DNA of 58,897 bases, filler included, from Dimargaris cristalligena (taxonomy: Eukaryota), in assembly GCA_003614675.1 (NCBI GenBank). It is 8 parts of 8 records of this genome, joined end to end, with 100 filler letters (N's around TTAATTAATTAA, not from the genome) between each part and the next. Parts side by side here need not be neighbours in the genome. Positions count along the whole stretch, not along the records: positions 7,397 to 14,689 come from ML003432.1; positions 14,790 to 22,070 come from ML003433.1; positions 22,171 to 29,453 come from ML003434.1; 5 more parts are not named here. One strand, written 5' to 3'. Positions 12,340 through 24,364 of this stretch are shown in pieces (positions within the stretch are counted from its first letter, which is position 1; every line of letters starts with the position of its first letter). The position numbers and the translations under genes are program-made. The notes beneath the pieces were generated by a model, which was not told the origin of the DNA, ran no database searches, and saw nothing but the letters and a program-made list of their open reading frames with translations.

Positions 12340-13948
12340 TTAGAAGAATGGGCTACGACACATGGGGCAGGTGATATTATGGCTTTCACTGAACCATTTC
12401 TCCAGACAAGCCGCGTGGAATTTCTTATGGCACACGGGACACGGTTTCCCCGGCAGGGTTTTATCCCGGACGCACACAACGGAGTAGCAAATGTAACATT
12501 CTTCTACGCCATCAAATAAGTAGGCCAGGTTGCTGGCGAAAATGCAGACAATGTCGGCGAGCTGGTGGTTTTGGAGGGCTAGTGCATGAGCATTACGACT
12601 CCAGGCCCGCCAACGGGCTTCCGTGATGACGGAACTTTGGCGACATTCAATGTCGACACGTCGCACCGGGTAGCAGGGGGACAGACGGAAGGCTAGCTCA
12701 ATGTTCACATCATCTAGGACGAATTTCAAGGTGCAGAGGCGACCGGTATAGTTGACCCGGCAGTCCAGGGCATCGTATTTAGCCCGAAGTGCATGTAGTT
12801 TGGGGTGTTCATTAACCGCTAGTAACTCGCGACGGATGAGTTCGTGACTGTAGTGTTGGGTGACGAATGTTTCGAACGCCTGTTGCATGTTACGGTTTCG
12901 GATATCCTCAAACCAGTACCTGTTTGGTAGAATAAAGTTAGAAAAGTCAAAGTAGGTATGGGTATAGCTATAAATTAGTGAGCCATTCAGTTCTAGAGAT
13001 CGGATTTGTAAGAGTCAGACGGTTTCCATCGGCCACGTTCGCCCTGACCCGATAGGTTCGTTACCGGATTGAGTGATGATCCCATCAAAATTTAACTTAC
13101 CTCACCACCGCGGGAATAACAAACATGGACCGATAGAGCAAGTAAGCCGAAAAGAGGGCATAGCTGAGACCCATATCCAGTTTAAACTCCGATAAGTAGA
13201 ACTTGGTGGGTTCCCATCGGGCCAGTGGAAACGGCCGGACGCTGTGCCGGGAAATGCCCAACAGGCTGGTAATCAGGGTGAAGGCCTGGGCCAGTGTGGC
13301 GCGTTCATCCAGTTCGAGTATACGCGGGGTCGCCGCAGTTTCCGTCGCGGACAGCTGCGGCGATGACGACAATAGGGATGATGTCGATGTTGGCGACGGG
13401 CTAGTGGACGGCGAGGTGGGTCGATTATGTTTCAAAATCCCGATCACCTCAGTCGATTCGAGGCGGAATTCCCGTTGGATGGCGTCCAGATATAAATTGG
13501 TGAGAACGAGTGAACGGAGCACACTGAACTGGGTCGACCGGGCGGGCACGTCAATGACCGTAAAGTCAGGGTCGTTAATCAACGGTAAGGCGGTATCTAG
13601 GCTATACTGCAGGTGGGCCAGAATCAAGGGTCCCGCGGGTTTCGAGGCCGAGAGCGGGGATTTTAGAACCACATTGCGGGCATTAAAGTACACGTGGGTA
13701 ATTAAGGTGCCGCCGTTGGGATCGGTCAATTTAGTCAGGCAAGGGCCTAGTTCCGGGCTAGGTAGCAATTTGGTTCGGATGGCCGGTGATATGAGCCCCG
13801 CCAGGGCCCTCGTGAACTCCAGTTTTACTTTCGTGGCCTGGCCAGCGGGTTCCAGCGGTAGGTTCATATAAAAGTCCCATACCGTTTGGAGGAGGGCTAA
13901 GCCCGTCGAGGGGCACGGATAGTTGCTAGTGATGAAACTAACAAACTT
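12340..13948 (-). CDS. LTN1: Listerin/Ltn1 (Rkr1) E3 ubiquitin ligase, C-terminal region; exons about 13948/13867-13101 and 12919-12340
   Basis: C-terminal GVEECYICYSVV...CPVCHKKFHAACLEKWF...CPMCRSPFF RING preceded by an RWD-like region. A GTAAG...CAG intron at 13100-12920 joins PAVVR to YWFEDIRNRNMQQAFETF in frame. The 5' start is unresolved. Confidence 0.85.
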
Positions 13949-14689
13949 TTAAGAATGATAATGACCCCTCCTACGGTGGGCTGACCGCCTGCGATTTAGG
14001 CCATGGATAATAGTTAGTCAATTATAGAGTTGGGGCCAAAAATGATCTGTAAAGATTGAGTTGATGGATTATATCATAAAAAAGCAAAAAAAAAAAAACT
14101 CGACAGATTCCGCTCAAATAATGAAATAGGAATAAGTCTAATCGATATTATTCCCGGTGCAACTTAAATTATGGATAAATGAATAATATTAGAAACAAAG
14201 GGAGTAATAACAACCTTCTACTCATAATCACAGGCGACTTGGAACTATTAACAATTATGGTTATATATAGAACACTATCACCCTTAAGTGGCCTCAAAGT
14301 GATCCTACTGAACTATTTGTAGTCTTCTCTGGATTGTGTAGAGGGGTATATAGTGAAGCTTAGACCAATTGTATTCTGGACAAAATTGCCAATACCAGAC
14401 TAGATTAGATTACTGTGGGCTTTCACCCCATCTGTGCCTAAACGACAAACCATGAGCCAGCATTAGTGTTTGGCTTGACTATCGCCAAGTGTCGTCCAAT
14501 ACATCTTGGGGTAGTTCATGGTCGAATACCACAAAATATATTCCTTGGCCAAGTGTGGACCAAACTCTATCAGAACGAATATCGGGGTGTTGTGGCCGGG
14601 CCTGCTTAAGCTCTAATAGCATATCCCGGCCAAGCTATTTTTAGTTTAGAAAAGATGAAGAACATCACCAAATATCAGTCTTCATCTTT

Positions 14690-14789
14690 NNNNNNNNNNN
14701 NNNNNNNNNNNNNNNNNNNNNNNNNNNNNNNNNTTAATTAATTAANNNNNNNNNNNNNNNNNNNNNNNNNNNNNNNNNNNNNNNNNNNN
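14690..14789. other. Artificial contig-join spacer
   Basis: Same 44N-TTAATTAATTAA-44N linker. Confidence 0.98.
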
Positions 14790-15272
14790 ATATTACTCTT
14801 CCCTTGCTATATAACCCACTATAACTGGGCCCCAATGCTTCTCATACAATACTCCACTAGCTGATCCAACATTCCTTCTTTTCTTAGTAGAGTCTTCCAG
14901 ATACAAGCCCCCCAGTCAAGGCCCCAACCCTCGCCTCTTCTTTAGTCATCCCATTACTCTTAAGGACCCCTCGTTATAAGTAGTCCCTACATATAAATAT
15001 CTGGGCCCCTTTGGGACCAGTTCAGTTCCTTAGCTTATTTCTTACCCCCATAGTTTACCTCAATAAACTCCTTATATGCTCACCTACCATATTAGCCAGT
15101 AAGTGTGCCTGCTGCATGTCCCTTGCATTAGTCTGTACTCGTCCTTTATTGGTTAGTACTGATCCCTCCCTGATGCTAGTAGCCCACTTAGCTGAGCCTA
15201 AGCCCCACCTACCATTAGAAGCCTATCCTTGGGACTCTTGATAGACTAAGAGTGGTTAACCCAGGCAACACA
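14790..15272 (+). mobile_element. LTR-like family C, 3' portion
   Basis: ATATAAATA at about 14991, AATAAA at about 15062, ends ...GTTAACCCAGGCAACACA (CA terminus). Homologous to about 9270-9648. Confidence 0.7.
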
Positions 15273-15552
15273 ATGAGGGTGGGTTTATTAACTTAGGGAT
15301 GGATTCTGATTTAGATAACCTGGGTGTTCTACTCACTCATCTAGAACTACTGTACCCGCTTCTTGGGTTGTGCCAGTCTCTTAGCATTTCCACCCTCCAA
15401 GTCCCCCATAATCCCAAATGACGCTGATAACAATTCAAAAATGAATGTAATGAAAGCCCCCCATCAGGCGGATCCATTGGCAGACATTACAAGCGATTTA
15501 TCCGAACCATAACTCTCCATCACTGGCTCCCCACTGCTAACTCAACAATTAG

Positions 15553-17190
15553 GTCAACTGGCACCTCTCCCCAATTCCCCCTCTTCTAAGCCGGGTATAT
15601 CCCCAGCCGAAGTTCCCTCGACCATGATGATACATTCCACAACCATTACCGATCATGAATGCCAGACCATGCCAGAATTCTTCCGGGGGAAGAGCAACAA
15701 AACCCCGGAGCGCTACCTGAAAATACACAACTATATGCTTAATGTCTGGCACGAGGTTCAGCCCAACTACCTAACTAAAGTGCGGGCTTGCCAGGGCTTG
15801 CGGGACTGTGGCGATGTCAATGCCATCGGTCGAGTCCACACTTTTTTAGAGCAGATCAAGGCAATTAATCGCGATGCCATCATGTCTGCTGTATCACTGG
15901 GTAAACTGCAGGCCAAGGGGTCGGCTTCGTCGAATAAACCAGCAAACAGTGGGGTGGCCGCCACTCGGAATAACCCACCACCTTAATTATAGGAAGACCA
16001 TCCCGCCCGGTTTAGCCAGCCTCTGCCGCCGGAATGGAACCTCCATTCAATGGATTTGCATGGTCACCAGCCTTCTCCCATACCCAGTCTGGTTGGGAAT
16101 AGAACCCTGAAGAGGTTGGCGGCGACTCCGAAGACTACACTGAAACGAAAACCCAGCACCAAATGGACGACCACGAACGCATTACCTGCCCCACTGGAAT
16201 CGGCGAGGGTAAAACAGCGGACCACGAAGCAACCAATGTTGGAATCGGCTTCCGCCTACAATCCATGTTCACTCGTACTCTTGGTCAAAAGTAAGTTGTG
16301 CACACCCGGAAACATTCAATTGTCTGTACGGTAAAAGGTTATGGTAGGTTCAACTATTTTTACTTCTAATATTTTGGCCATATGCGGGTCTATCCCCTCC
16401 CAACCCCACAGGTTCTCTGTGGGATCACTTGGCAGCTTCCCTCACACCTAACCCAATAATTTCTATTTTTATATTTAATAGCATTCTCTCCGATTAGGCT
16501 GTTATGGACTTCCGCGCTCACCTGGCACAAACAGATATCATCGGACTGTTGGGTGGCACTTATGATGGCGCCAACCGTACAGTATTCATTGTAGCTACAT
16601 TTCCATGTCGTAGTATCAGTACTGGCTTCCAGGTCGATGAGAAATGGAGGCGTGATTCAATCTAGGCGGACCCTAGTGCCTAAGTGGCGTCATGAGGTCT
16701 ACATTTCAAATTCGGCTGTAACTTCACACTCTCACCTGATTTCCTTCGTTTTTTTGCTTGCTTAATTTTAGCGCAATTCCAAAATTGCAATGCTAACCTC
16801 CATGGTGTATCACCCACCTGACTCACATTTATTATCAACTATATTTCGTTTTGCTTGGCTTAGCATATGTACACCATTGCTGATGTGTGTGGACTCCTGG
16901 CCTACAACCCTAGTATACCTCCCAGTTATAACTAACCGCTTAGTATGAAATGGATCCATCCTCGGAAACTGAAACCCATGACGTATTTGCGACCCAAAAT
17001 CCATCCATGGCCAACTGGTACCACTCGCACGCGACCTTCGACCCCGACCCCTCCCTACGGGACATAGTCTGTCCGCTCCACCCGCACCGGATATTCGATC
17101 CGATAAATATTTGGCTCTTCTTTGTGGGATAGCTGTTGGACGCCACCCACGGGTGTCGAGTTCCCCTCCGCTCCCAGGCGGCGGCACTCG
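15553..17190 (+). pseudogene. MYSM1: MYSM1-like histone H2A deubiquitinase (SWIRM + MPN/JAMM) pseudogene
   Basis: SWIRM: PEFFRGKSNKTPERYLKIHNY...CGDVNAIGRVHTFLEQIKAIN. MPN exons at 16498-16632 (AVMDFRAHLAQTDIIGLLGG...FPCRSISTGFQ) and from 16944 (YEMDPSSE...WYHSHATFDPDPSLRDI). Frameshift after about 15980, in-frame TAA at 16332, frameshifts after RDI. Confidence 0.85.
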
Positions 17191-19951
17191 TGAAAGAAGA
17201 GAATGTCCTGCTAATGGATGGGGCGGCGGCTGAGGCAGATTAGGCTACCTCTCTGTTTGGCCGATTGTTGTGAATGGTCACTAACTGTCGGAAATTTTCT
17301 TCTGTAAACAACCACCAATCCAACCCTCCCATTATTGCCCTAATGATCAAAACATGCCAACTTTCCGCTCGGGATAGTAGCACCAGTTTTCCCGAACTGG
17401 GTGATTATACACTTCCCATTGCCCGAGCGCCCCATCCCTCTCCATCATTAAGTATTTCTTGTCCAACGGGTCGCCAGTATGAAAGCTAATCTTTTCATCG
17501 CCACCCGAGTTACTTGTTTCAAGGCGGGTGGCCTGACTAAGAGAACTGGGGAGAACTAAGGGAGCATAGTGGTTTCATTGGTAGTAGTAATAGTGCAACC
17601 GCTCGACGAATCCCCGGCCCGCTCTCCCTCCCCATCACGTGACAGAACTCCGGCCGGTCCCCCAACGAGCGAAGCAAGCGCGATAAGCGTTGGAACCGAA
17701 GAACCGTAATCGAAAGCGTAATTATAAATTAAGCGAATCTATGCAAAATCGAGGAAAAGTGTGTTTCAATAAAATATTTAACTTTATTACTAACATTCAT
17801 AATTCGCCCGAATTACCCTATCCCACCTCGGACTCGAACCCTACTGGTAAAATCCCCCGGCCCACCTCGACCCCGTTACAATAGTAACGATGGCGATAAT
17901 AGAAATGTCTCTGGAACCTGATGGTGTTATTATTAACTAGGAGGAAGTTTTGGTGTAACAATTCGCGACGCATTGGGTGTCACTTGTCCATTCCCTTTAT
18001 GGCAAGCCGTTCCCAGGCCAACATACTACTGTGAATGTATGGACAGCGCATACCTCTTTCTCGCACTTTCCCTCCTTGTCCCCGTTTGGGAGAGTCGGTC
18101 TTATTCGTTATCTCATTTAGGACAGGGGTGTAATAATTTTTGGGCGCGTGTTGCAACCAAGCTCGTCGGAGGGGAAGGGTCACGCTCATTTCACTCACAC
18201 CCATTTTTGCTATTTTTTCCCTATCCGGCCCCTATACCCTTAGCCGTGTGGACCTTGCGGAGCCATACCCGACTCCTTCGTCGCCATCCAGACTTCACAT
18301 GCTATTAAGCCCCCTCCGCCACAATTTTCCACTACCACGCGACCAGGCCCTTACGTTCGTGAAGCGGATGGGGCAGCTGGTCATTTTGATCAGTGTGATG
18401 AATTACACGATTGGTAGTGGCTCACGCTTTCTGCAGGATGCAACCCGAGACGATCGTCACCTTGAGTTATCGATTGTGGACCCGAGTGCGTTTGTGGTGG
18501 TGGATAAATCGCCATGGTCTAGAAAAACGATCACGGTAAGGACGGCGGCAAGGATGAAGTTGTCGGTGTCGATGCTGACCTCTCCACTGACAGTCCCTCG
18601 CCGAAAATTATGTAATGGCTTCACCAATGGAACTTAAAATAAAATAGAAATGCGAACAGCAATAACACCGCCCATCCGTTCGTATACCTTTCCACATGTG
18701 TGGTTAAGCTACCCACTGTCAATATTCTAGAGCAATGATCAACTCTCTATAATCTACCATTAGCATGTCTGTAAATACATCCATCAATCTCTGTACTTCC
18801 CTCTTTCGAAGCATCCCCCACCATCCTTCGTGAATGTACTACAACACTTGCGTATTGCGAATAAAAAGCGGGTATTCTTGGAGGCCGCTTGAAGACTACC
18901 CCTTATCTGCCACCCTTGTCATTTAAATCGCCCTAAAAAATATACATGCATCGAATAGTCGGAAGGTGCAAGAATGCAAGGGAAAGGGGGGATGTTAATA
19001 GCAGCGACACTGGAGCAGAAAGTACGGTTTGAAGACGCCACATCATATAGGGCCCTCCACGGACGGCCTACTTTAACCAATATTCTTACCTGACCTTTAG
19101 GATTGATGGGACCTTGTCCACCATCCTCATAAGAGAAACAGATAATGTCGTCCAGGGCCGCAATGGGCAATGGGAGCCAGACGTTACTACTACCTCTGGG
19201 CACTGTTAAATATGCCACCGATGGCCTTGGGTGACCAGCCAATCGTTTGGTGGCTAATACAACGGGTGGTGGTAGAGGAGAAAGGGAAGAGCGAGGCGGG
19301 ATGTGCCTAAGTGGCTAAGGCCCGTTTGAAATACACCTCCTCTCGGGTGCCACTTCCTACTTAACGATGTACAAAAAGGATTCAAAGGAATCCTATTAGT
19401 CGAAATGGCGCATATTCTCTCCTTACAGCACAGTTTTTTCTTTAATCATCATGGTATTAGGTCTCGCGAGAAAATGCGGCCTAGCTAACGAGTCCTACCT
19501 AAGCCTTCTGGGATTTAATGCATTGGGCCAATACAGTCGTACAACGGACACTCGATGAGGAATGGGAGGGGAGGGAGGGGGTTAAAGGCGGAATTAGACC
19601 TCCCCACCCGCCTACTCTGCCTTTTGCCACCGACACCCCGTTTTTCCCTCTTTACCGCCCCTCCTATCCAAATATAGCCCATTGGGCCTGGCCAGGTGGG
19701 ACATGGGTCGGTTGTATATAAACGAAACCCTATGGCCCATCCCAAATGCGGCTTCCTTATCCTATTCATATGCTAGGTTTATTGGAGCAATTCCCGCAGT
19801 ATATTATTTCTATTTCGTAGCCTCGGTCGTCTGGATTATTATCATAATTACTATTTGATTTACTACACCATATCTCCCGAGGTTTGCGTTTGGCACGATT
19901 GTAATCCGGCATTATAATCGATTTTACGACCCGTTTCCTGTTCCACTAACC

Positions 19952-20881
19952 ATGAAGTCGGTTAATGTCTTTCTAGTTCCTTTTATGGTGGCGAGTTTTC
20001 TCGCAACCGCCCAGGCCGGCCAGGGTGCCAGCACTTTAAGTGATATTAGCGACGGCTTACCGGTAACATTGCCTTCAAACGGCCTGTATAAAGGTTTATA
20101 TATCCATCACCTGCCGAATCGTAGCAGCGCTTCAATCAGCAGCTTTACCTCATCTCTTAACAGTGAGAATGGGACCGACAAGAGCAAGCTTTCCGCTGCC
20201 AGCATCACCGATATTCACGCCTTAGGTGAGGCCGACGGCACCCAATACGGTAAAGGACTTCGCGAGAGTTTCGCCAAATACAACCCTAATCCCGGACCAC
20301 CCTCCAAGGATGACCAGTTCGGGAAGGAGTCTCTTTACCGTGAGAGCGAATCCGTAAACAGACCCTCTAATGTCAGTTTCACCGATACACAGTCCTTCAC
20401 CGAGGACAACTGCTCTCAAGATAATGAAGTTTACGAGAGGCTCGCCAAATACAGAATTGATGCCTGTCCGCCCTCCAATGATGACCAGTCCCAGAAAGGA
20501 TCCGACACTGACGACGAGCCGATAGCGCCTCTCCAACCACTATCACGACAGCAACAGGCACGTACCTACCCCAATAAGCTTCACCAGCCCGGATCCTTCA
20601 GGTATCGGCCTAATGTGCTCCGTTTGGGGGAGGGCTATGCCCACCTCGACTTGTCCAACAGTCGTTTGCACATGCCCCAGCAGTACAACCACGAGCTAAT
20701 TGCAGCATCGGACGAGAATGTGGCTACGACTCAGGAAATGCTCCAGGAAAAAAACGGAGCGTCGAAGTCCACCCCCAGCTCCACGAAAATTCCAAACTAT
20801 GCCAGAGCCACGGCTTCGTCGAATGGCAAGATACGCGAACGCCACATTATTACCTCCGAAATCGTGCGTCAGGTTTACTAA
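19952..20881 (+). CDS. Orphan secreted protein, 309 aa, with an internal repeat of about 57 aa
   Basis: ACCATG start, signal peptide MKSVNVFLVPFMVASFLATAQA, long open frame, repeat units RESFAKY..PPSKDDQ and YERLAKY..PPSNDDQ. Confidence 0.75.
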   Translation: MKSVNVFLVPFMVASFLATAQAGQGASTLSDISDGLPVTLPSNGLYKGLYIHHLPNRSSASISSFTSSLNSENGTDKSKLSAASITDIHALGEADGTQYGKGLRESFAKYNPNPGPPSKDDQFGKESLYRESESVNRPSNVSFTDTQSFTEDNCSQDNEVYERLAKYRIDACPPSNDDQSQKGSDTDDEPIAPLQPLSRQQQARTYPNKLHQPGSFRYRPNVLRLGEGYAHLDLSNSRLHMPQQYNHELIAASDENVATTQEMLQEKNGASKSTPSSTKIPNYARATASSNGKIRERHIITSEIVRQVY

Positions 20882-21290
20882 ATATGGCAATGCACCGGCC
20901 GCACTGCATAGTCAGACGATTTGCCAGTGAAATGGGTACGGTTAACCATCGCCACCATTATGAACAATTAATGTTGATTTGAAAAAAAAAATACCCGCTT
21001 TCGCATGAATGTCCTACAACCGTGCGCTTTTGTAGTTATTCATAGAGATATATTCACCAATGAAGTAAATAAGTGTAAACGAAGTGGACAAGTCCATTGA
21101 GAGAAATGTGAATACATCAGGCAACTTTACATTTCAAGCGGCCGGTCCATACGGAGGGTGGAAAAACAGTAATTATAAGTATAGAGAAGAGATTAGGTTT
21201 TATTTAATATATAGAGCGGGGGGTAATACAGCCGGTGCAATAGAAAAGGGGGCACGCGGGTACTAGAAAATCAATCAAGGGTCACGAAAT

Positions 21291-21785
21291 CTAGTAAGCG
21301 TGGGCGGCAAAGACCAGAGCAGCCACGGCAGCGGCGGTCGTCAGAGCTGGGCGCTTGGAGTCAGCCGAACTGGAGTCATCATCCTCGGAGCTGGAGGAGG
21401 ACTTGGCGGCGGCCGAGGCAGAACCAGTAGCCTTGGGCTGGTTCGAAGCGGAGCCAGAGACGGTAGCCACGGAAGCGGTGGTTTGGATATGGGTGGCGGA
21501 GGAGAGGGACTCCATGGCGGTAGCGTGACCACAGAAGTTCTGCTTGGTGCTGTCGGCCAGGGTCTTCAGGTTCTTGTTCACATCGTCATCGGGGCAGCTG
21601 TCGTAGCAAGCGACCACGGAGCTCTGGGCCTGGCACTGGCAGGTGAAATCGCCAAAGGCGCAGGCGGAGAGGGAGGCACCGGTGGTGGCAAGGCAAGAGT
21701 CAACCACAGCCTGGGACGCGCACTCGGCTTGGACACTGACGGCGGCAGCGGCGGCAAGGGCAACAACAGTGGCGAAGAACTTCAT
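21291..21785 (-). CDS. GPI-anchored Cys-rich/Ser-Thr-rich cell-surface protein, 164 aa
   Basis: Signal peptide MKFFATVVALAAAAAVSVQA, 8-Cys domain (CASQAVVDSC...CQCQ...CYDSCPDD...C), S/T/A stalk and hydrophobic C-terminal GPI signal. Strong codon bias. Confidence 0.88.
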   Translation of the reverse strand: MKFFATVVALAAAAAVSVQAECASQAVVDSCLATTGASLSACAFGDFTCQCQAQSSVVACYDSCPDDDVNKNLKTLADSTKQNFCGHATAMESLSSATHIQTTASVATVSGSASNQPKATGSASAAAKSSSSSEDDDSSSADSKRPALTTAAAVAALVFAAHAY

Positions 21786-22070
21786 GCTGACGGACGGAGT
21801 ATGTGTATGTGGCAGTGGGTGTGTATATGGGTGCAGATGCAAGCTGTATTACCGGAGATGGGCAATGGGAGCCAGACGGGGACCAGAAGAGTAAAGGCAA
21901 CAAGACAGAAGGACGAAACGTAAGGATGCAAGGAAGGGGCGGAACAGGGGACTGTTTAAATAAAGGGCAGTTGAGAGACAAAGTGGTTGATTGTATATGC
22001 GCATTCAACAATAGCAGCCCAACAGGCTGAGCTATATGCTCTAATAATCAGGCCTTTTCGGGCGAATGCA

Positions 22071-22170
22071 NNNNNNNNNNNNNNNNNNNNNNNNNNNNNN
22101 NNNNNNNNNNNNNNTTAATTAATTAANNNNNNNNNNNNNNNNNNNNNNNNNNNNNNNNNNNNNNNNNNNN
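22071..22170. other. Artificial contig-join spacer
   Basis: Same linker. Confidence 0.98.
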
Positions 22171-24364
22171 TTCTTGGAATTACGCCATACAACTACTTAG
22201 CATGAACTCTTTTTTTAGTCTTATCAATATCCGATATGAAGGAGGACTGGGAAGACGGGGTCTTCCAACCTTCCAATTTCTACATTTTACTTCCATTTAA
22301 CATATTCACGACCATAGTTTAGCTAGTAGGTCAATTTTTTCCCTATTACAGGTTTTTTATAACCTACAATTATCATAGTTATTATCTTCAGTCATAGCTC
22401 TTTAGTCTGGTTAATTTCTTATATATACCTTAGTAGTGTCCCCTCAGTTGAAGGGACAAGTTAGTTTCGAGATAAATGAATAAATATCTATTTTAACTTT
22501 ACCAGACGATATCGACAATTACCCTTTTCACAGTTTTATTTTGATTATTATTATCACTATTTCTATTTTGTTTTATTATTCCATCTATTCAGGTCGAAGT
22601 GTTGGTATCTCCGAGTACCGACTTGATTATAACGTTTCTTTTATTATTTTCTTATCAACTGACGACGCGAGATGATGACGTACGACGCAATGAACGACCA
22701 GGAAATCAGCGGCGACTTCGCCAAAGCCACTTCAGTCTCAACCCCCTCGAAACCGATCAAGCCCAACCCTCCGCACTATATGACGAAGTATGGTGAACCG
22801 TCTGGGGATAGTAAACCGGAGACTCCTCCACCCACTGTCAACCCTCCCAAGGACGTTCCCGCGGAGCCCCTCAAAACGTTGGCATTACAATATACATCAT
22901 CTGGAAATTTTGGAAAGCTAAATATCTTTCGGAGGTACATTAGGTCTTGATGCTGGCTGAATTCATCGGCTAAGTGCAAGGGCTTCTTTATGTAACATAC
23001 ATGTATTTTCAAAGAGAGAAGGAACCACCGGTAATGCTGGTGCATGCCTGTGCCTGGGTTAAGGCTGTACTGACCGCGGTGCCCAGCACTGATCAAGCAG
23101 ACCAGCGTGGAGGACCCACAGCTAGGGTAGAACCATCTCACCTAGTGAACAACACCCCGGAGGAGAAGAACCTGGCTATGTAGTTAGGGTCAACCCTGCC
23201 ACGCCCACACAAAACTCGCCACTATGTGATTACTCCCAGCTCCATCAGTAATGGGGTGCTTAACCCCATCTCCAGGCCGGACTATAGTGGGGGCCCTCAA
23301 TATAGATAACAAAAGCGTTTGTCCGCACTCCTACTCCGCTTGAATCTATATTCCTCTTATATACAAGGAAGGATCACCAATCGGGCACAATAATAATCAC
23401 TATCTATCTATAGGTCTTTGGCTGTCATAATCACAGTCTTGATATTAGCAATGCTATTGACGCGGTTAGTATAACTAGCAGCCTTTAGTATTTCTATTAT
23501 TAAGACAATATAATAAAGAAGAGATTATATTGCTATAATTCGCCCTTCAAGCGGGCTCCACTCTAGAACCACAACTTTAAGGGCTCACTCACATACCATT
23601 TTAAATACCACACTATTCAGGCCATTTGGCTATTATATTAGTGGCCGCCATCTCGCTGCTTCCTCTGCCTATATAGATTGCTTCTCCTCGAAATTTATTA
23701 TGTACCTCTCCGGTGGTAGGGAGCTTTCAGTTCCTCCACACCCATGCTATCCCAGCCTTTTAAAATTGCCCTGCACCCCACTTACGGCCTGAAACATTAT
23801 GTGGGGTACCACTTCATTTAGATATTTTCGTGCTCCATTTGGAAGTTGAGAGGGAATAGGGGGGGGGGGAACGGCCAGTTCCTAGAAAAATTCCTAGAAA
23901 TGAACCTTTTTCCCCTCACACCGTAGCATAACATTTTATTGGATGGCTCAGTTTTTCCAAGGTGCGAAATCCGCACCATAGAATCCTTCAGACATGTCTG
24001 TTTGTTTTTCTTTTTAAAAAAAATATATAATAGTAGGCAACTATTGCAATTACGAAAAGGAGGGGCTGTACAGGGAACCGACGAATGCATGACCAATTAC
24101 ATGGGTAGGAGAAGACTACCCGATTGTCTCTAGACATAGTATCGCTTTAAAAACTGAAAACATATAAAATTACAACGCGAATAGGAAATGAACATGAGGG
24201 TTAGGCTGGTGGCGTGAAAAGTATATATAATGTGTACCTTAAAAGTCGCTTAGGTCGAGTAAAAAATAACCGATGACCAAAAAATCCAAAATCCAAAAAG
24301 CAAGGGGTATCGAGTAAAAGCGTGAAAGAGTCAAAGAAAGTTGAGATCAAACCCTTTCTCTCTT

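Noticed and set aside
13203-13871. 222-aa plus-strand ORF and similar long antisense ORFs (21300-21923, 25671-26198, 32751-33314, 54179-55129)
   Set aside because: Antisense shadows of GC3-rich real genes on the opposite strand.
18140-18637. 165-aa ORF
   Set aside because: TTG start and no motif. The opposite strand looks more codon-biased but has stops. Unidentifiable.
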